A stretch of 64,000 bases of DNA from the NCBI RefSeq assembly GCF_009914755.1, contig NC_060930.1, one strand, 5' to 3'. This document shows, in pieces, positions 62,766 to 64,000 of the stretch. A program made the translations under genes and the position numbers. The stretch comes from the human T2T-CHM13v2.0 reference genome, Homo sapiens. Under the pieces are notes generated by a model, which saw nothing but the letters and a program-made list of their open reading frames with translations, did no database searches and was not told where the DNA came from. The stretch's first letter is position 1. The number at the start of each line of letters is the position of its first letter.

Positions 62766-64000
62766 TTATTTATGAATATCCAGATCTTGTATACAAAGCC
62801 ATAAAGCATTTTTAGCACAAGAACACAAGCTGTTGCTCATCTTAGTGCACTCTTATCAATGACAAGAGAACCAAAGGATGGAAATAATTAGGCTAAGACT
62901 AAAATGAGCCCAATTTTTAATAAAAATTAAATTTTAGGGGCACTATGATACAGAGGTCAGAGGTATTTTTCTAGGATATGTGTCATTTCTGCTTTCCATC
63001 TGGTTTGATTATTTTGAGATAGTATGTGGTTTGCTAGACATTTCAAACCAGACATACAATACAGCTACCTAAAAGTCACTGTAGGTTTTTGATTTTTTTT
63101 TTTAATAAAGTGAGAAAACCTGAGTGCAAACCTAGGTATTGGATAATAGCATATCTGTTAACACCAAGGAACAGTGCCAGCCCTATACAGAAGTGAAGAC
63201 TGTGAAGTTTCAAAGCATCCCTTTACCTCCTCTTTCAGTATCCCTTTATCCCATTATGTTTGTACCCCTTTCTCCTTATAGTAAAAATAGATTTCTGGGA
63301 AACTTACATATAAAATCTTGTCCCCTCTGCCACTGAGTTGAGCCAAAAGTCTACATCCCATTTCTATGTGGCTTTGTTCTCTGCTGACTTTAATGGTTAG
63401 AAAGCTATCTGATAATTAATCCCTGTAAAATTATTACCTGGTAGTACTAACTTAAGATGTGACTTCTACCTGGGATGCTCTGCATTTTAATACTTTATAA
63501 ATATCTCAAAGTCTTAAAGATTCAAGAAATGAATTTCTCCCAGAGCCATTGTAAAGCCCACTGACAAGCCAGTGGGTGCTTCCTGAAGGCCTTTGATTGC
63601 ATCTGGCAGACAGCTGCCTTCGTGTCTGCTTGGAAGAGCTGCCCATGATGGCAATGTGTGGCCAAGAAATAGAAGAAACCATTCCAGTGATTCCTTTAGT
63701 TCATGCTAAACTTGAATAGCTCAGTAGTTCATCCAGACTAATGATTTACATCTTGTCACATTGTCCCACTTATGGTAGATGCTAACATACAGGAAAAGCA
63801 ACGTCCTTTACATAACCCCAGTACTTCCTCTCCCGTTCTCCTTGCTGACTTTGCTTCCTAGGTCACCGAGAAAATGAAAATCACTGGAGAACTTTCACAA
63901 TCTCTCACCACATCTCCCACTTGCCAGCAACTACTCTCACAGATACTCTTCTCTTTTCATTCATGAAGAATTGTCCATATTTCTCTTTAAGGCCACTGGA

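Overview
Human (or great-ape) genomic DNA containing the complete BVES/POPDC1 gene on the minus strand. Seven coding exons (41115-41340, 37141-37265, 33154-33341, 32310-32418, 24800-24967, 23785-23926, 9159-9283) all have GT-AG boundaries. They sum to 1083 nt, giving a 360-aa Popeye-domain cAMP effector with three TM helices and DSPE/FQVT motifs. A non-coding first exon lies in a CpG-island promoter (~43950-45510), probably bidirectional with the antisense lncRNA BVES-AS1, and a ~4.25 kb 3'UTR ends near 4905. The rest is dense in Alu, L1, MIR/L2, DNA-transposon and LTR relics, including a small hY3 Y-RNA retrocopy. I see no evidence for a wholly new multi-gene system. The best leads are regulatory or RNA-level. 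They are an inverted Alu pair in the 3'UTR, a stop-free 297-nt exon4-5 circle candidate, a candidate intron-7 polyadenylated truncated isoform, a triple palindromic NKX2 site in intron 1, a duplication-created NRF2/AP-1 element, and several template-switch rearrangements. Repeat subfamily calls come from recalled consensus sequences, not a search, and repeat boundaries are approximate.
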